Source: Minisyncoccota bacterium | Lineage (GTDB): Bacteria > Patescibacteriota > Minisyncoccia > UBA6257 > GWB1-50-10 | NCBI GenBank assembly: GCA_041659005.1 | Contig: JBAZZD010000003.1 | Span: forward strand, 2,650-66,649 | Direction: 5' to 3' | Length of the DNA stretch: 64,000 nucleotides | Shown here: one piece after another, positions 21,213 through 31,459 of the stretch | Numbering within the stretch: position 1 is the stretch's first letter | Layout of the letters: every line of letters starts with the position of its first letter | Program-made: the position numbers and the translations under genes | Notes under the pieces: generated by a model | Told to the model about the DNA's origin: nothing | Seen by the model: only the letters and a program-made list of their open reading frames with translations | Databases searched by the model: none

Positions 21213-22256
21213 TTATTGAAGTACAAAGGGGTTTTTTGCTCCAATAACTTCAAAGTGCACGTGGCATCCATTTACCGACTCCGCATTTCCCGTATTTCCC
21301 ATCGTTCCTAAGGTCTGTCCACGAGAAACTACATCTCCTATATCAACAACTATTTCATTAAGATGGGCATATCGCGTTTTTGTTCCATTTGTGTGTTCCA
21401 ACAAAACAAAACTCCCATAGCCTCCGTTCCATCCCAAGGGTCCACTCCCAAATATATCATCTTTTATAGCCACGCCATCTGCGGCAGCAACTACGTTCGT
21501 TTCACATTTATTTGCGATATCAACCGCATTCTCTTTGTGTAGCTCACCCCAATTCCATCCGATCGCAGGAAGTGAGAAAAATCCATTCGTATTTGGAAGA
21601 TTTTTCGCGACGACCTCATTTTCCTTTACTGTCGCATAGGGAAGAAAAATTGTTCCGCTTCCTTCTGAAAAGACGGCAATGTACGAAGGATTAAACTGCT
21701 TAATGAGACTTTGTGACACTTCATATTTTTCAGAAACCGAAACGATTGAATCGTTCGGCTTCACTGAATACAATAATCCATTTGTCGGAAGGATGGTAAT
21801 ACTCTCTCCTCGTTTTACTTCTTTTTTTATCTGTGGATTTGCTAATTGTATTGTAGTGGTGGAAAGGGAAAATTTTGATGCAATACCACGCAATGTCTCC
21901 CCTTTTTGAACTTTATATATTTTTATCCCGTCTCGGGAGGTCCCTATATTTGTACCCGAATATCCCAAGTCGCCCACAAAGCTTTCACTTTGTGGTTCTT
22001 TTATAATTCCTTGGGAAAACCCCCACACTACCGACCCAGAAACGGATGGGTCTTTTATTTCTTCTGAAATTCCACCCCTCTCAAATTTTTGAAGTTCAAG
22101 ATCGTTATTAAAAAACAACGAACCGACAAAAATAACAAGGTATGAGACCACCACGCAGCTAACAACGCACAAAAAACCCAAAAAATGGAATTTTTCCGTA
22201 TTCGGTATAAATCCGCGCAATGCGCGGAGGTGTTTATATAAGTCCTGAATATTCAT
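21213..22256 (-). CDS. LysM-domain M23-family peptidoglycan endopeptidase
   Basis: Two LysM repeats (YKVQKGETLRGIASKF), M23 HxxxD and HVHFEV zinc motifs. Confidence 0.8.
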   Translation of the reverse strand: MNIQDLYKHLRALRGFIPNTEKFHFLGFLCVVSCVVVSYLVIFVGSLFFNNDLELQKFERGGISEEIKDPSVSGSVVWGFSQGIIKEPQSESFVGDLGYSGTNIGTSRDGIKIYKVQKGETLRGIASKFSLSTTTIQLANPQIKKEVKRGESITILPTNGLLYSVKPNDSIVSVSEKYEVSQSLIKQFNPSYIAVFSEGSGTIFLPYATVKENEVVAKNLPNTNGFFSLPAIGWNWGELHKENAVDIANKCETNVVAAADGVAIKDDIFGSGPLGWNGGYGSFVLLEHTNGTKTRYAHLNEIVVDIGDVVSRGQTLGTMGNTGNAESVNGCHVHFEVIGAKNPFVLQ

Positions 22257-22309
22257 ACTATACCAAGATTTTGGTAATTATTCAATTTTTGCTATATAAT
22301 CTTTATTAT

Positions 22310-22660
22310 ATGCGTCTTTTTATTTTTTTGTTCATTTCTCTTGTTGTATTAACACCGCTTGTCTCTTTTGCGGCGGGGCTTGGCTTCGGCGGAAAAGTAA
22401 TAACCTCGGTTTCTGCCCCAATTGTTTGCCTTGGGATTGGGCCAATAACAATAGCACCTGCCGGAATTTCTCCCGCAGCTCTTTATGCAACAGAACCAGC
22501 AACGGTAATAAATAAAAATTATTCAATAACGTCTGGTGGATATATTCTTGGGCTTTATCTTCCAACATTATCTCCTCTTTGTTGGATTCCTGTTCCGCCA
22601 CCAGGAGTGCCTACTCCAATATACGTATTTCCAATTATTACATACGGCTCCTCACGCTAA
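22310..22660 (+). CDS. hypothetical small secreted Gly/Pro-rich protein (internal ATG; track ORF begins at 22220)
   Basis: Signal peptide MRLFIFLFISLVVLTPLVSFAAG; upstream extension would overlap convergent M23 gene. Confidence 0.3.
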   Translation: MRLFIFLFISLVVLTPLVSFAAGLGFGGKVITSVSAPIVCLGIGPITIAPAGISPAALYATEPATVINKNYSITSGGYILGLYLPTLSPLCWIPVPPPGVPTPIYVFPIITYGSSR

Positions 22661-22665
22661 ATTAT

Positions 22666-23463
22666 ATGAGGCAAAAACTTGGTCAACATTTTCTGAAAAA
22701 CGAACAGACCCTTTCTTTTATTGCACGAAACTCAAATATTAAACAAAACGATTTCGTTATTGAAATTGGCTCTGGGCACGGGGAGCTAACAAAATATCTC
22801 ATTTTAGAAACCAAAAAAAACAACGCGCGTCTGTTGTGTATTGAAAAAGATCCTACATTTTTTACGCCAATTAAAATACTCATTGGGAAAAATAATGAGC
22901 TTTTGAAGGGAGACGTACGAGAAATATTACCCCTAATTAATAGAAAGTTAGGAGGACATCCATATGTAATTATAGGAAATATCCCATATTACCTTACTTC
23001 ATTTCTCTTTCGTATCATAAGTGAATTAGAGACAAAGCCGCACACTATAACACTCTTAATTCAAAAAGAAGTTGCTGAACGAATCAAAGAAAAGCCGCCA
23101 AAACAAAATCTCCTCTCTGCAATTATTGCTTCATTTGCTGACGCAAAAATTGTTAAGCGCGTTTCCCGTGGGCAGTTTTCACCACCACCAAAAGTAGACT
23201 CGGCAGTTGTTCAACTAACCACTCACAACCGCTATACACAAAAGGAAATAGACATTTATATAAAAACTGCAAAAATATTATTTTCACAACCAAGAAAAAC
23301 TATTTTTAATAACGCACGCTGCCACAAGGAGGAGATACAATTGTCAGAAAGCACGATACGCGATATATTTTTCGCTGCAAAAGTAAAAGAAAGTGATCGT
23401 GCGCAGGCACTAACCCCAAAAACCATGATGGTACTTGCAAAAATGTTGTATAATGAAATGTAA
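22666..23463 (+). CDS. rsmA: 16S rRNA (adenine1518/1519-N6)-dimethyltransferase RsmA/KsgA
   Basis: LGQHFL start motif, EIGSGHGELT SAM-binding motif. Confidence 0.85.
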   Translation: MRQKLGQHFLKNEQTLSFIARNSNIKQNDFVIEIGSGHGELTKYLILETKKNNARLLCIEKDPTFFTPIKILIGKNNELLKGDVREILPLINRKLGGHPYVIIGNIPYYLTSFLFRIISELETKPHTITLLIQKEVAERIKEKPPKQNLLSAIIASFADAKIVKRVSRGQFSPPPKVDSAVVQLTTHNRYTQKEIDIYIKTAKILFSQPRKTIFNNARCHKEEIQLSESTIRDIFFAAKVKESDRAQALTPKTMMVLAKMLYNEM

Positions 23464-24209
23464 TGAGGAAGAAAAAAGTCCTCGCATTTGTGGTGGTTGC
23501 TATAGGCGTCTCATGTTCGGCGTATCTTTTGTTTTCAAACTCGAACGCGGGAGCATCTTCTCTAACAATCGCCGGCTCTGAACGGGCCGACGCGCGTTTT
23601 ATCACCTCAAATGAGGCGCTTCCCTTATTAAATGATCCAACATTTAACGCAACAGATCAGGTTATTAGGGATTACGAACAAGCAATTTTTGAATACAACA
23701 GAGGGAAAAAAAGTGGGGACACCGCACGACTTCCCAATGATGCTGATATAGAGAATATGATTAGCAAATATACAACTCAAACGTTTGATTTTCAAAAATA
23801 CACCGAAAAAGACATAAAAATAAGTAAGAGCTCGTCACTTGGCGAATTAACAACATATTTAGAAAAGGTAAAAAATGAGAATGATGAAGCAAAAAGAACT
23901 GCCCCATCAAATATTGTTTCTGCGATTGGATTGTTTGTTTCCGAAAAAAACGCGGAAGAAGTTGGAAAACATATTTCCGCCCAATCGGAGTTTATCAATG
24001 CACTCCTTAGTATGCCCGTTGTTCCCGAATGGAAGGCCTTTCACTTACAATTATTAAATAACGCGGAGGAAAAACGTTTTCTCTTAAAAGTTATTTTTGA
24101 AAACCAAGAAGATCCAATAAAGGTGGTTTCTGCGGTTAAAAATATTGAAAGTGCGTTAATAAAAGAAGATACAATTTGGAAGGCCGCACTGGAAACCCTA
24201 AAAAAGTAA
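23463..24209 (+). CDS. hypothetical membrane-anchored/secreted protein (first gene of T4SS-like locus)
   Basis: N-terminal TM anchor, no recognisable domain. Confidence 0.4.
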   Translation: MRKKKVLAFVVVAIGVSCSAYLLFSNSNAGASSLTIAGSERADARFITSNEALPLLNDPTFNATDQVIRDYEQAIFEYNRGKKSGDTARLPNDADIENMISKYTTQTFDFQKYTEKDIKISKSSSLGELTTYLEKVKNENDEAKRTAPSNIVSAIGLFVSEKNAEEVGKHISAQSEFINALLSMPVVPEWKAFHLQLLNNAEEKRFLLKVIFENQEDPIKVVSAVKNIESALIKEDTIWKAALETLKK

Positions 24210-24210
24210 T

Positions 24211-26175
24211 ATGCAGAAAATCCTAACAAAAATAACTGCGACGATTCTTATATTTTCATTTTTTGCTATATATATACCAAAACAAGCAAGTGCCGCATCA
24301 CAATCTTCTATAACCGACATTGCACTTCAATGTGGGCTTGTTGATCTTGGAAAGGATGTGCTTGAGGGACTTGGAATTCCAACTTCTCCAAAAGAAGTTG
24401 TTGATCTTGGAAAAAATTTACTAGCGACAGAGGCAAAGGAAGAAATTGGAAAAGAAATTGGAAAAGAAATAAAAAAAATTATACCATTACCAATTGGTGG
24501 CAGTGTGCCAGTATACGATGCGGATGTGAAAATAACTTTAAAAGAGGTTGTAATGGTGGCTGATAGAAAAAATGCAGAAAAAGTGCAAGAAAAAATAAAA
24601 ACAGCAAGCGTTGAAAATTGTCTTCTTGCAATAAAAGATTTCGCATTAAAGGTGGCACTCGCCCGATTAAAAAAACAGCTTTTGGACAGGATTGCTGACC
24701 AAACACTTGAGTGGATTAATAACGATTTTCGTGGACAACCGCGTTTCATAACCAACTTTGGAGACGTGTTTGACGATTCATATCAAGCGGCCGTTGGTGA
24801 TGTCGCGCGAGACATTGGTCTCGGAAAATTATGCGACGAAAAACTCTCATTAAAACTTCAACTTAATCTTCGGGCGCCAACACAAAAAAAGTTTACACAA
24901 GATGCATCATGCACACTTGATAAAATAGTTGGAAATATCAACTCATTCAAAGACGATTTTAGAAACGGAGGGTGGATTGGCTATACTGAATCACTTTCCC
25001 CAAGCAATAATCGTTTTGGACTTGAACTTCTTGCGATGGATCAAATGTATTCATTGCAACAAAAGAACGAAAAGGTTGCAGCACAAGAAGCAAGTACCGG
25101 ATCTGGATTTAATGGAGAAAAAGTATGCGATAGATGGAGGCTTGATCTTGTTGATAAAACAACAAAAGTAGTTGTTCCGCAAAAAATATATCTTGGTTTT
25201 ATATCGGAATTTCCCGATCCTAGAAAACCTCTTCAAAATACAACTGGTGCCTCTTATGAAGATGGACTTACGCTTGCGGCAAAACTTTCAGTACAAGCTT
25301 CACTTCTTAATTCCTACGATGCTCATGGTTCCGGATGGATATGTGATCATACATACATAAACACCCCAGGAGATACTGCACGCACAGCACTACAGAACAC
25401 CTTTACTCAAGATCAATCCTATATTACAAGCGCAGAAAATCTTGAAGATTATATTAATGTTATTTTTGACGCAGCGGTTACCCGTCTTATCAATAACGGT
25501 GTTAAGGGAATTGTAAATGCTGGAAAAGGACTTTTTAAAGATAATCCTGACACACAGAGCAATTTTGGCGCCAACAGAGAGGGAACAGCATATGGAGATA
25601 CCAAAATACAAGATTCCTATTACAATAGTAGAGCTACAACCGACATACTCGATGAGGCAGCAAAAGAAAAACAGAAAGAAATTGAAGACTTGAATGACAA
25701 AATAAGGCAACAAGACAAAACAAATCTTCAAACACGATTTAATGCTGCAACATCCTCATTTAAAACCGCAAGTTCGTCAGTGGATGCTGCAAAAATATCA
25801 CTAGACAAACTGGATAATAAACTCGTTAGTCTTTCTAATTGCGAACAACTAAAATCATCACTAGCGGCAGTCTGTCTTTCAACAAGAAACGAACAACAGG
25901 TGGTAGCGGGACACAGGACGTCTCTTGGAAATACATATATACTACTCGCCTCAACCACACAATTGATTTCCCAGGTACAACAACCACTGTCTGCGATACC
26001 CGACGCAGATATTCAAGCGGCTACCGATAGAATTGTACAAATTGAAACCAATATATCTTCAATTTCAAATATCACAAATGAGATAACAACATATTCAGTC
26101 TCTAAGGATGCGGAAATTAGTTCGTTGCTTAATATGTGTTTGAATGCAACCACGTACGACTTCTGTCAACCATAA
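24211..26175 (+). CDS. large secreted hypothetical protein (candidate surface/adhesin or VirB5-like component)
   Basis: Signal peptide ...PKQASAAS, 654 aa, in-frame EIGK tandem repeat, no known motif. Confidence 0.4.
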   Translation: MQKILTKITATILIFSFFAIYIPKQASAASQSSITDIALQCGLVDLGKDVLEGLGIPTSPKEVVDLGKNLLATEAKEEIGKEIGKEIKKIIPLPIGGSVPVYDADVKITLKEVVMVADRKNAEKVQEKIKTASVENCLLAIKDFALKVALARLKKQLLDRIADQTLEWINNDFRGQPRFITNFGDVFDDSYQAAVGDVARDIGLGKLCDEKLSLKLQLNLRAPTQKKFTQDASCTLDKIVGNINSFKDDFRNGGWIGYTESLSPSNNRFGLELLAMDQMYSLQQKNEKVAAQEASTGSGFNGEKVCDRWRLDLVDKTTKVVVPQKIYLGFISEFPDPRKPLQNTTGASYEDGLTLAAKLSVQASLLNSYDAHGSGWICDHTYINTPGDTARTALQNTFTQDQSYITSAENLEDYINVIFDAAVTRLINNGVKGIVNAGKGLFKDNPDTQSNFGANREGTAYGDTKIQDSYYNSRATTDILDEAAKEKQKEIEDLNDKIRQQDKTNLQTRFNAATSSFKTASSSVDAAKISLDKLDNKLVSLSNCEQLKSSLAAVCLSTRNEQQVVAGHRTSLGNTYILLASTTQLISQVQQPLSAIPDADIQAATDRIVQIETNISSISNITNEITTYSVSKDAEISSLLNMCLNATTYDFCQP

Positions 26176-26176
26176 A

Positions 26177-28843
26177 ATGCAGATACAACCCCTTCTACAA
26201 CAACATAAAAAACAAATTATTCTTGGCCTTATTTTGGGGTTTGTATTTGCCGCAGGTATATTTACTCCGAGTGTTTCAAATGCGATGCTCGGAATTTCAA
26301 TGTCGAGTATTATCACTTTTGTTTTTAAAGCGGCGGCATATATATTCAACTTTATTTTTGGAATATTTTTTGTAATTGCGGCATGGCTTGTTAGTTTTAC
26401 TCTTCAACTAAACGAGACGGTCGCAGATAAAAACTTCAACACAATTGCGGATGTTGGATGGAGAATCTGTCGTGATGTTGCGAACTTAGGATTCGTGCTC
26501 CTCACGGTCATAATGGCATTTACCACCATAATTCGCGTGCAATCATATGGGGCAAAAAAACTTCTTCTCAATCTCGTTATCGCGGCAGTGGTAGTAAACT
26601 TTAGTTTTGTTATCGCGGGAACACTTATTGATTTCTCTAATGTGCTTACTTCATTCTTTATTAATAGAATAAGCCCAAATGGACTTGGAACAGAGTTTAC
26701 CGAGACGCTTGCTGGCGCTTTCGGTCCACAAAAATTTTTACTAGAGGAAACAGATGACCCCCTTCCTCCAGACCCCAGCCAAGAAGAAAGTGGACTCGTC
26801 ACTTTTGGCACCGCAATGCTCTCATCAATTGCTGGTCTGTTCTTTTCTGTTTTCTTTACGATCCTTGCAACTATCGTGCTTCTTTTGCTCGCCGTAATGC
26901 TACTTGTTCGTTATGTTGCCCTTACCTTTATTCTTGTTCTTGCCCCCCTTGCGTGGTTATTTTGGGTCTTCCCAGGACTCAAATCATATAACAGCCAATG
27001 GTGGTCGGCATTTTGGAAATATACATTCTTCGCTCCCGCGGTATCATTTTTCGTATATTTATCAATTCTTGCCGCCGAAGGACTCAAATCTGCAGGATAT
27101 CAAGAAAAAATTATGATGGTTGGCGGAGGACTTCCAAACATGCTTGCAAAAATAGCACAGCAAGGAACGCAAATGATTGTAGTTGCCGGACTTATGATTG
27201 GTGGAATTATAGTTGCCCAAAAAATGGGAATTGAGGGAGCGAATATCGCCAACAAGGCAAAAGACGGAATGATGAAAAAAGCAAAGGATTACGGGAAAGA
27301 TAGGGCGACAAATTTTGGAACACGGTTATCAAAAACATCAGTGGGGGGTACTGTTTCCTCTGGACTTAAGAAAGTGGGTGGATACTTCAAGGGAACAGGA
27401 GAGGACATTCAAAAGAAACGGGAAGCAGCAAAGGCAAAACACCTTGGATATAAAGACCAGATCGCTACAATTAATAACTCATCAAAATCTCCAGAACAAA
27501 AAAGAGAGGAGATTAATAATCTCAAGAAGGTACAGGATCAGAAAGCAGAAAACTACAATAACGCATTAAAAGAATTTAACGAAAAGAAAAAAGAAATAAA
27601 TAGCAACAAAGACATTTCAAAAGAACAGAAAAAGAAAGACATTGAGGCCCTAAAGAAACAATATGATTTGGAGAATATTCGTCCAGATCGCCTTGGATTT
27701 GGAAGCAGAATTGGTCTTTGGGCAAAAGATAAGACGCTTGGCTCAACTACTCGGTCGGTTGGGGGTGGAATAGAGGCAACTGGAAAAGGAATTGATAAAC
27801 AGGCAATAAAAGAGATAAAGAAGACAAAGAATTGGGGAGAATCTCTTGTTCGTGGCGCACTTCTTGGTGCCGGACTCATGAAAGAGAAGGAAAAGAAAGA
27901 CGAAAAGAAGACGGCCGCAGAACTTGAAAAAGATCTTCAAAAGAAACTTAAAACAAAACAAGATAAACTTAAATTGCGTAACACCGATGGTTCGGTTCGC
28001 TTTAAGGAGGACGACCTAAAGGAAGACAACAAGCAGATTGAGTTTGGACGACAAGCATTCGCTGGCGCGTATCGTAGCCGATTGAGAAACATGGAAGAGG
28101 TGGACATAGAAAAAGAGCACTCATCAACACTTAAACAGCGCAAGGGTGCAAAGACAAAAGACGAGGAAATTCTTGCAAACAATAAACTTGATGCGATTCG
28201 CCAGACTACAAAAATGAAAACTGGCAGACTTGAAAATATAGAACAGATCGAAACCGCACTCGCAAAGGAAAAAAATAGAAAAGATGAAGCATTCGTAAAT
28301 GGAGTTGATACAACCCCGTACGAAAAGGTAATAAGTGAATATGAAGGAAAAATACGATCATTGAGTGGAAGGGTCTCAAATCGCCTTGAGGTATTCAAAA
28401 AGATGGAAGAAAGATTAAACGCGCTAGACAAGAAACGCAACGAAAAATTAAAGGAGATTGCATCAAAACTTACGTCAGGATCGGCAACAGAAGCAAGGGA
28501 AGATGTTGGCTTCAAACAAATTGAGACCATAACAAAATCGTTCAGATCAAACATTGAAAACGTTGAATCTGTCCTTTCTCGAAAGGCGCAAAAACTTGGG
28601 GAATTAGACAAAAAATTAAATGATTTGAATGAAATAAAATTAAAAACATCTGGACTAAGCGAATTAGAACTCAGCAGTTGGGGGGTCACTCAAGAAGAAC
28701 AAACAGAACTTATAAAAGAAATTGATAAGGGTATTCTTGAAACACAAAGCTTAATAGAAAAGAGAAAAGAGAAAAGAGAAAAGAAAGGAGAAAAGAAAGG
28801 AGAAAAGAAGGAAGAGGAGAAAAAGTCCGGTCTTGTTGGCTGA
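26177..28843 (+). CDS. VirB6/TrbL-like polytopic membrane protein with long Lys/Glu-rich coiled-coil C-terminal extension
   Basis: About 7-8 TM helices in first 380 aa then charged low-complexity tail; position just upstream of VirB3/VirB4-like genes. Confidence 0.4.
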   Translation: MQIQPLLQQHKKQIILGLILGFVFAAGIFTPSVSNAMLGISMSSIITFVFKAAAYIFNFIFGIFFVIAAWLVSFTLQLNETVADKNFNTIADVGWRICRDVANLGFVLLTVIMAFTTIIRVQSYGAKKLLLNLVIAAVVVNFSFVIAGTLIDFSNVLTSFFINRISPNGLGTEFTETLAGAFGPQKFLLEETDDPLPPDPSQEESGLVTFGTAMLSSIAGLFFSVFFTILATIVLLLLAVMLLVRYVALTFILVLAPLAWLFWVFPGLKSYNSQWWSAFWKYTFFAPAVSFFVYLSILAAEGLKSAGYQEKIMMVGGGLPNMLAKIAQQGTQMIVVAGLMIGGIIVAQKMGIEGANIANKAKDGMMKKAKDYGKDRATNFGTRLSKTSVGGTVSSGLKKVGGYFKGTGEDIQKKREAAKAKHLGYKDQIATINNSSKSPEQKREEINNLKKVQDQKAENYNNALKEFNEKKKEINSNKDISKEQKKKDIEALKKQYDLENIRPDRLGFGSRIGLWAKDKTLGSTTRSVGGGIEATGKGIDKQAIKEIKKTKNWGESLVRGALLGAGLMKEKEKKDEKKTAAELEKDLQKKLKTKQDKLKLRNTDGSVRFKEDDLKEDNKQIEFGRQAFAGAYRSRLRNMEEVDIEKEHSSTLKQRKGAKTKDEEILANNKLDAIRQTTKMKTGRLENIEQIETALAKEKNRKDEAFVNGVDTTPYEKVISEYEGKIRSLSGRVSNRLEVFKKMEERLNALDKKRNEKLKEIASKLTSGSATEAREDVGFKQIETITKSFRSNIENVESVLSRKAQKLGELDKKLNDLNEIKLKTSGLSELELSSWGVTQEEQTELIKEIDKGILETQSLIEKRKEKREKKGEKKGEKKEEEKKSGLVG

Positions 28844-28866
28844 TTTAGAAATTACTACAAATAACA

Positions 28867-29955
28867 ATGGACTACTCAAAATTTACCGAAGAACTATTTG
28901 ATGAGCGATACGAGACAATCCCAGCGTCCCTGCGGGCCGCGTTTGAATCAGATAAAACAAAACGAACCCTTGAAAACATTGAACGCGAACATTATTTAAA
29001 TCCTGATAAATCAGTTATTCTCGAACAGTTGGTCGGCTTAACGCTCATGGGATTTATTCCGCTCAGAAATCTTTCGCGCGAAGTTGGAGAGCAATTATTT
29101 CTCAATTTTGAACACGCACAAGTGCTCACGAATGAAATTTATAATCGTGTTCTTGCCCCATATGAGGACGAAATAACAGAGACTTACAAATCAGTGGAGG
29201 AAATGATTGCAGAAAAAGAACAAATTGATGAAGCTATTAATTCGCGAAAAAAGGATTCAATTGAACAGGGGAAGAACGAGAACAACGAAGAAACAATACG
29301 ACCAAGTTTTTTCAGTAAAGAAATAAATGAGTCCCCAATAAAAATTGAGACGTCTGAGGACGCGCCACTCATCATCCATGAGGAGCCATCATTTTTCACA
29401 AAACAGGATCGGAGCGATAGAGAAAAACAAATCGAGACACCATTTAATAGATTTATTCCTTCGTCGTCCGAATCCATAGAAAAAAAGGCGCCACGAGCAA
29501 AGATTGAAGGAGGGAATAACCCATTCTCTTTTCTTAATCCAGCACAAAAAACAACAGTTCATTATAGTGAAACTCGAACTGGATTAAAACAAGAAATTGG
29601 ACCCGAAAACGAGGTGGTAAGCATTGGAGCAATTGACCGAATGACCCAAGGACCACAAGAAGAACAGAAAATTCTTTCAGAAACAAAACCCTTGGGAAAT
29701 ATGATAACTATTCAGACTCCCGAAGTAATAAATATCGCGCCAACAATTGCCACAAAAGCTGATACCTCACTTATAGAATCAGCTGTAATGCCAGAACAAA
29801 AACCAGAGAAAAAATCTTCTTGGATATCAAATATATTCAATCAGAAAAATAACATAAATAAATCCGAGACGCTATTACCCGAAATTCAAATACACGAACA
29901 AAAACCAGAAATAACACAATCGGTAATCCAAGGGAACACTATAAATCTAAAATAA
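28867..29955 (+). CDS. hypothetical acidic protein
   Basis: ORF in operon context only. Confidence 0.35.
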   Translation: MDYSKFTEELFDERYETIPASLRAAFESDKTKRTLENIEREHYLNPDKSVILEQLVGLTLMGFIPLRNLSREVGEQLFLNFEHAQVLTNEIYNRVLAPYEDEITETYKSVEEMIAEKEQIDEAINSRKKDSIEQGKNENNEETIRPSFFSKEINESPIKIETSEDAPLIIHEEPSFFTKQDRSDREKQIETPFNRFIPSSSESIEKKAPRAKIEGGNNPFSFLNPAQKTTVHYSETRTGLKQEIGPENEVVSIGAIDRMTQGPQEEQKILSETKPLGNMITIQTPEVINIAPTIATKADTSLIESAVMPEQKPEKKSSWISNIFNQKNNINKSETLLPEIQIHEQKPEITQSVIQGNTINLK

Positions 29956-30012
29956 AGAGGTATTCGTTCCCCAATGTGCTTGTTTTGTTATTATCTATTA
30001 CAATAAAGAAGT

Positions 30013-30519
30013 ATGGCATCATTCCAAGTGCCCCAATTTATTGAGGAAAAGCCAAAAATTATATCGTTTTTTACACTACAACAATTCCTGCTTCTTGGGG
30101 GCGCAGCAATTTTTTCTATTGTTCTTTATTATATTTTTTCAATGTTTTTGTGGGTATTGCTTTCTTCGTTGATTATTGGAAGTGCCGCTGCACTCGCGTT
30201 TGTAAAAATAAGCGGCCAAGACCTTCCAAAAGTTGTTCGCTCGGCATTTCGTTATTATTGGAATCCGCGCAGATATGTGTGGGAACGGGCAATGGAAGAA
30301 ACATCTATTGATTCTGGGTCATTTGAAAAAATATCATCAATGCGTCGCGCAATGAGTATTCAAGAAAAGCTTAAAAAAATGGCCGAATCAATAACCACCG
30401 GTAAATTATTTAAACCAGAGGATGCGCTTCCTGAAGGGACAAAACTACCAAAAGGGAAATATGAAATCGTTACATACCTTACCGGAGAAAAAAGAGCCGC
30501 GAAACGTGTTGATTTCTAA
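30013..30519 (+). CDS. VirB3/PrgI-like small membrane protein
   Basis: Two adjacent TM helices near N-terminus, immediately precedes VirB4 pieces. Confidence 0.4.
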   Translation: MASFQVPQFIEEKPKIISFFTLQQFLLLGGAAIFSIVLYYIFSMFLWVLLSSLIIGSAAALAFVKISGQDLPKVVRSAFRYYWNPRRYVWERAMEETSIDSGSFEKISSMRRAMSIQEKLKKMAESITTGKLFKPEDALPEGTKLPKGKYEIVTYLTGEKRAAKRVDF

Positions 30520-30521
30520 TT

Positions 30522-31178
30522 GTGTACAATAAGATTATGCAAGAAGCAAGCTCCCCAACACAAAAGTTTGTTGAAGTAAAAGAAATAAAAGATGGAATAG
30601 TATATTTAAAGAATGGCGGCATTCGGAGAATTTTAATTGTTGGGGGTATAAACTTTGACTTAAAATCCGACGCCGAACAAAATCTTATCTTGAGCAGTTT
30701 TCAAAATTTTTTAAATACCGTGGATTATCCCGTTCAACTTTTTATACACTCGCGAAAGGTAAACGTTGATGCATATTTGGAAAAAATGCGCGAACGGAGG
30801 GGAAAGGAAGAAAATGAATTATTAAAAATCCAGATTGACGAATACATAACCTTTATTAAAACGCTTGTTGAACAAAATTCAATTATTTCAAAAACATTTT
30901 TTGTTATTGTTCCCTATGAGGGAGTAATAAATTCTTCCTCCTTTGGAATTATTTCCTCACTATTTGGATCACAAAAGTCAAAAAATGCTGAGGAGAAAGC
31001 GACACTTCAATCAAAATTAGAACAATTGGAACATCGCGTTATTGAAGTAAGGGACGGACTAGAACAAATTGGACTTCGCGTTTCAGAACTAGACGATGGA
31101 GAACTTACTGAGCTTTTTTATAACCTATATAACCCACAACTTATTGAGAAAAAGGGTCTTCAAATAACAAAAAACTAA
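30522..31178 (+). CDS. VirB4-family N-terminal domain (separate ORF)
   Basis: Start resembles VirB4/TraE N-terminal region (IKDGIVYLKNGGIRRIL.V.GINFDLKSDAEQ...FLN); size (218 aa) plus downstream 583-aa ATPase equals full-length VirB4. Confidence 0.5.
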   Translation: MYNKIMQEASSPTQKFVEVKEIKDGIVYLKNGGIRRILIVGGINFDLKSDAEQNLILSSFQNFLNTVDYPVQLFIHSRKVNVDAYLEKMRERRGKEENELLKIQIDEYITFIKTLVEQNSIISKTFFVIVPYEGVINSSSFGIISSLFGSQKSKNAEEKATLQSKLEQLEHRVIEVRDGLEQIGLRVSELDDGELTELFYNLYNPQLIEKKGLQITKN

Positions 31179-31183
31179 ATGAT

Positions 31184-31195
31184 CCCGTTAGAGAC
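31184..31195 (+). repeat. 12-bp inverted-repeat arm (cccgttagagac) flanking GIY-YIG gene
   Basis: Reverse complement gtctctaacggg at 31444-31455. Confidence 0.7.
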
Positions 31196-31198
31196 TAT

Positions 31199-31459
31199 AT
31201 GCACTACGTATATATCTTACAGAGTGAGAAGAGTAATAGGTTCTATACTGGGTATACAGCAAATTTACGGAAACGTTTAAAAGAACACAATGAAAATAAA
31301 TCAAGATATACAAATAAAAGAGGTCCATTTATACTTGTCTATTATGAGGCATGTTGCGATGAATATGATGCAAGGTCGCGCGAAATCTATCTTAAATCAG
31401 GAATGGGTAAGCGGTTTATCAAAAACCGACTTAAACGTTTCCTGTCTCTAACGGGATGA
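31199..31459 (+). CDS. GIY-YIG nuclease domain protein (YhbQ/UPF0213-like)
   Basis: YVYILQSE...FYTGYTANLRKRLKEH matches GIY-YIG core; stop overlaps downstream ATG (ATGA). Confidence 0.8.
   Translation: MHYVYILQSEKSNRFYTGYTANLRKRLKEHNENKSRYTNKRGPFILVYYEACCDEYDARSREIYLKSGMGKRFIKNRLKRFLSLTG
31444..31455 (-). repeat. 12-bp inverted-repeat arm (partner of 31184-31195)
   Basis: gtctctaacggg directly abutting ATG of VirB4 ATPase ORF. Confidence 0.7.

Noticed and set aside
22220-22309. Upstream part of ORF 22220-22660
   Set aside because: It would overlap the convergent M23 peptidase gene by 36 nt and lacks a signal peptide; an internal ATG at 22310 gives a clean signal peptide.
31179-31459. Group I intron carrying a GIY-YIG homing endonuclease inside virB4
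   Set aside because: The insert is only about 280 bp, almost all of it the 86-aa ORF, leaving no room for a ribozyme core; the nuclease is the short YhbQ type without a DNA-binding domain. Treated as a gene insertion or fission instead.
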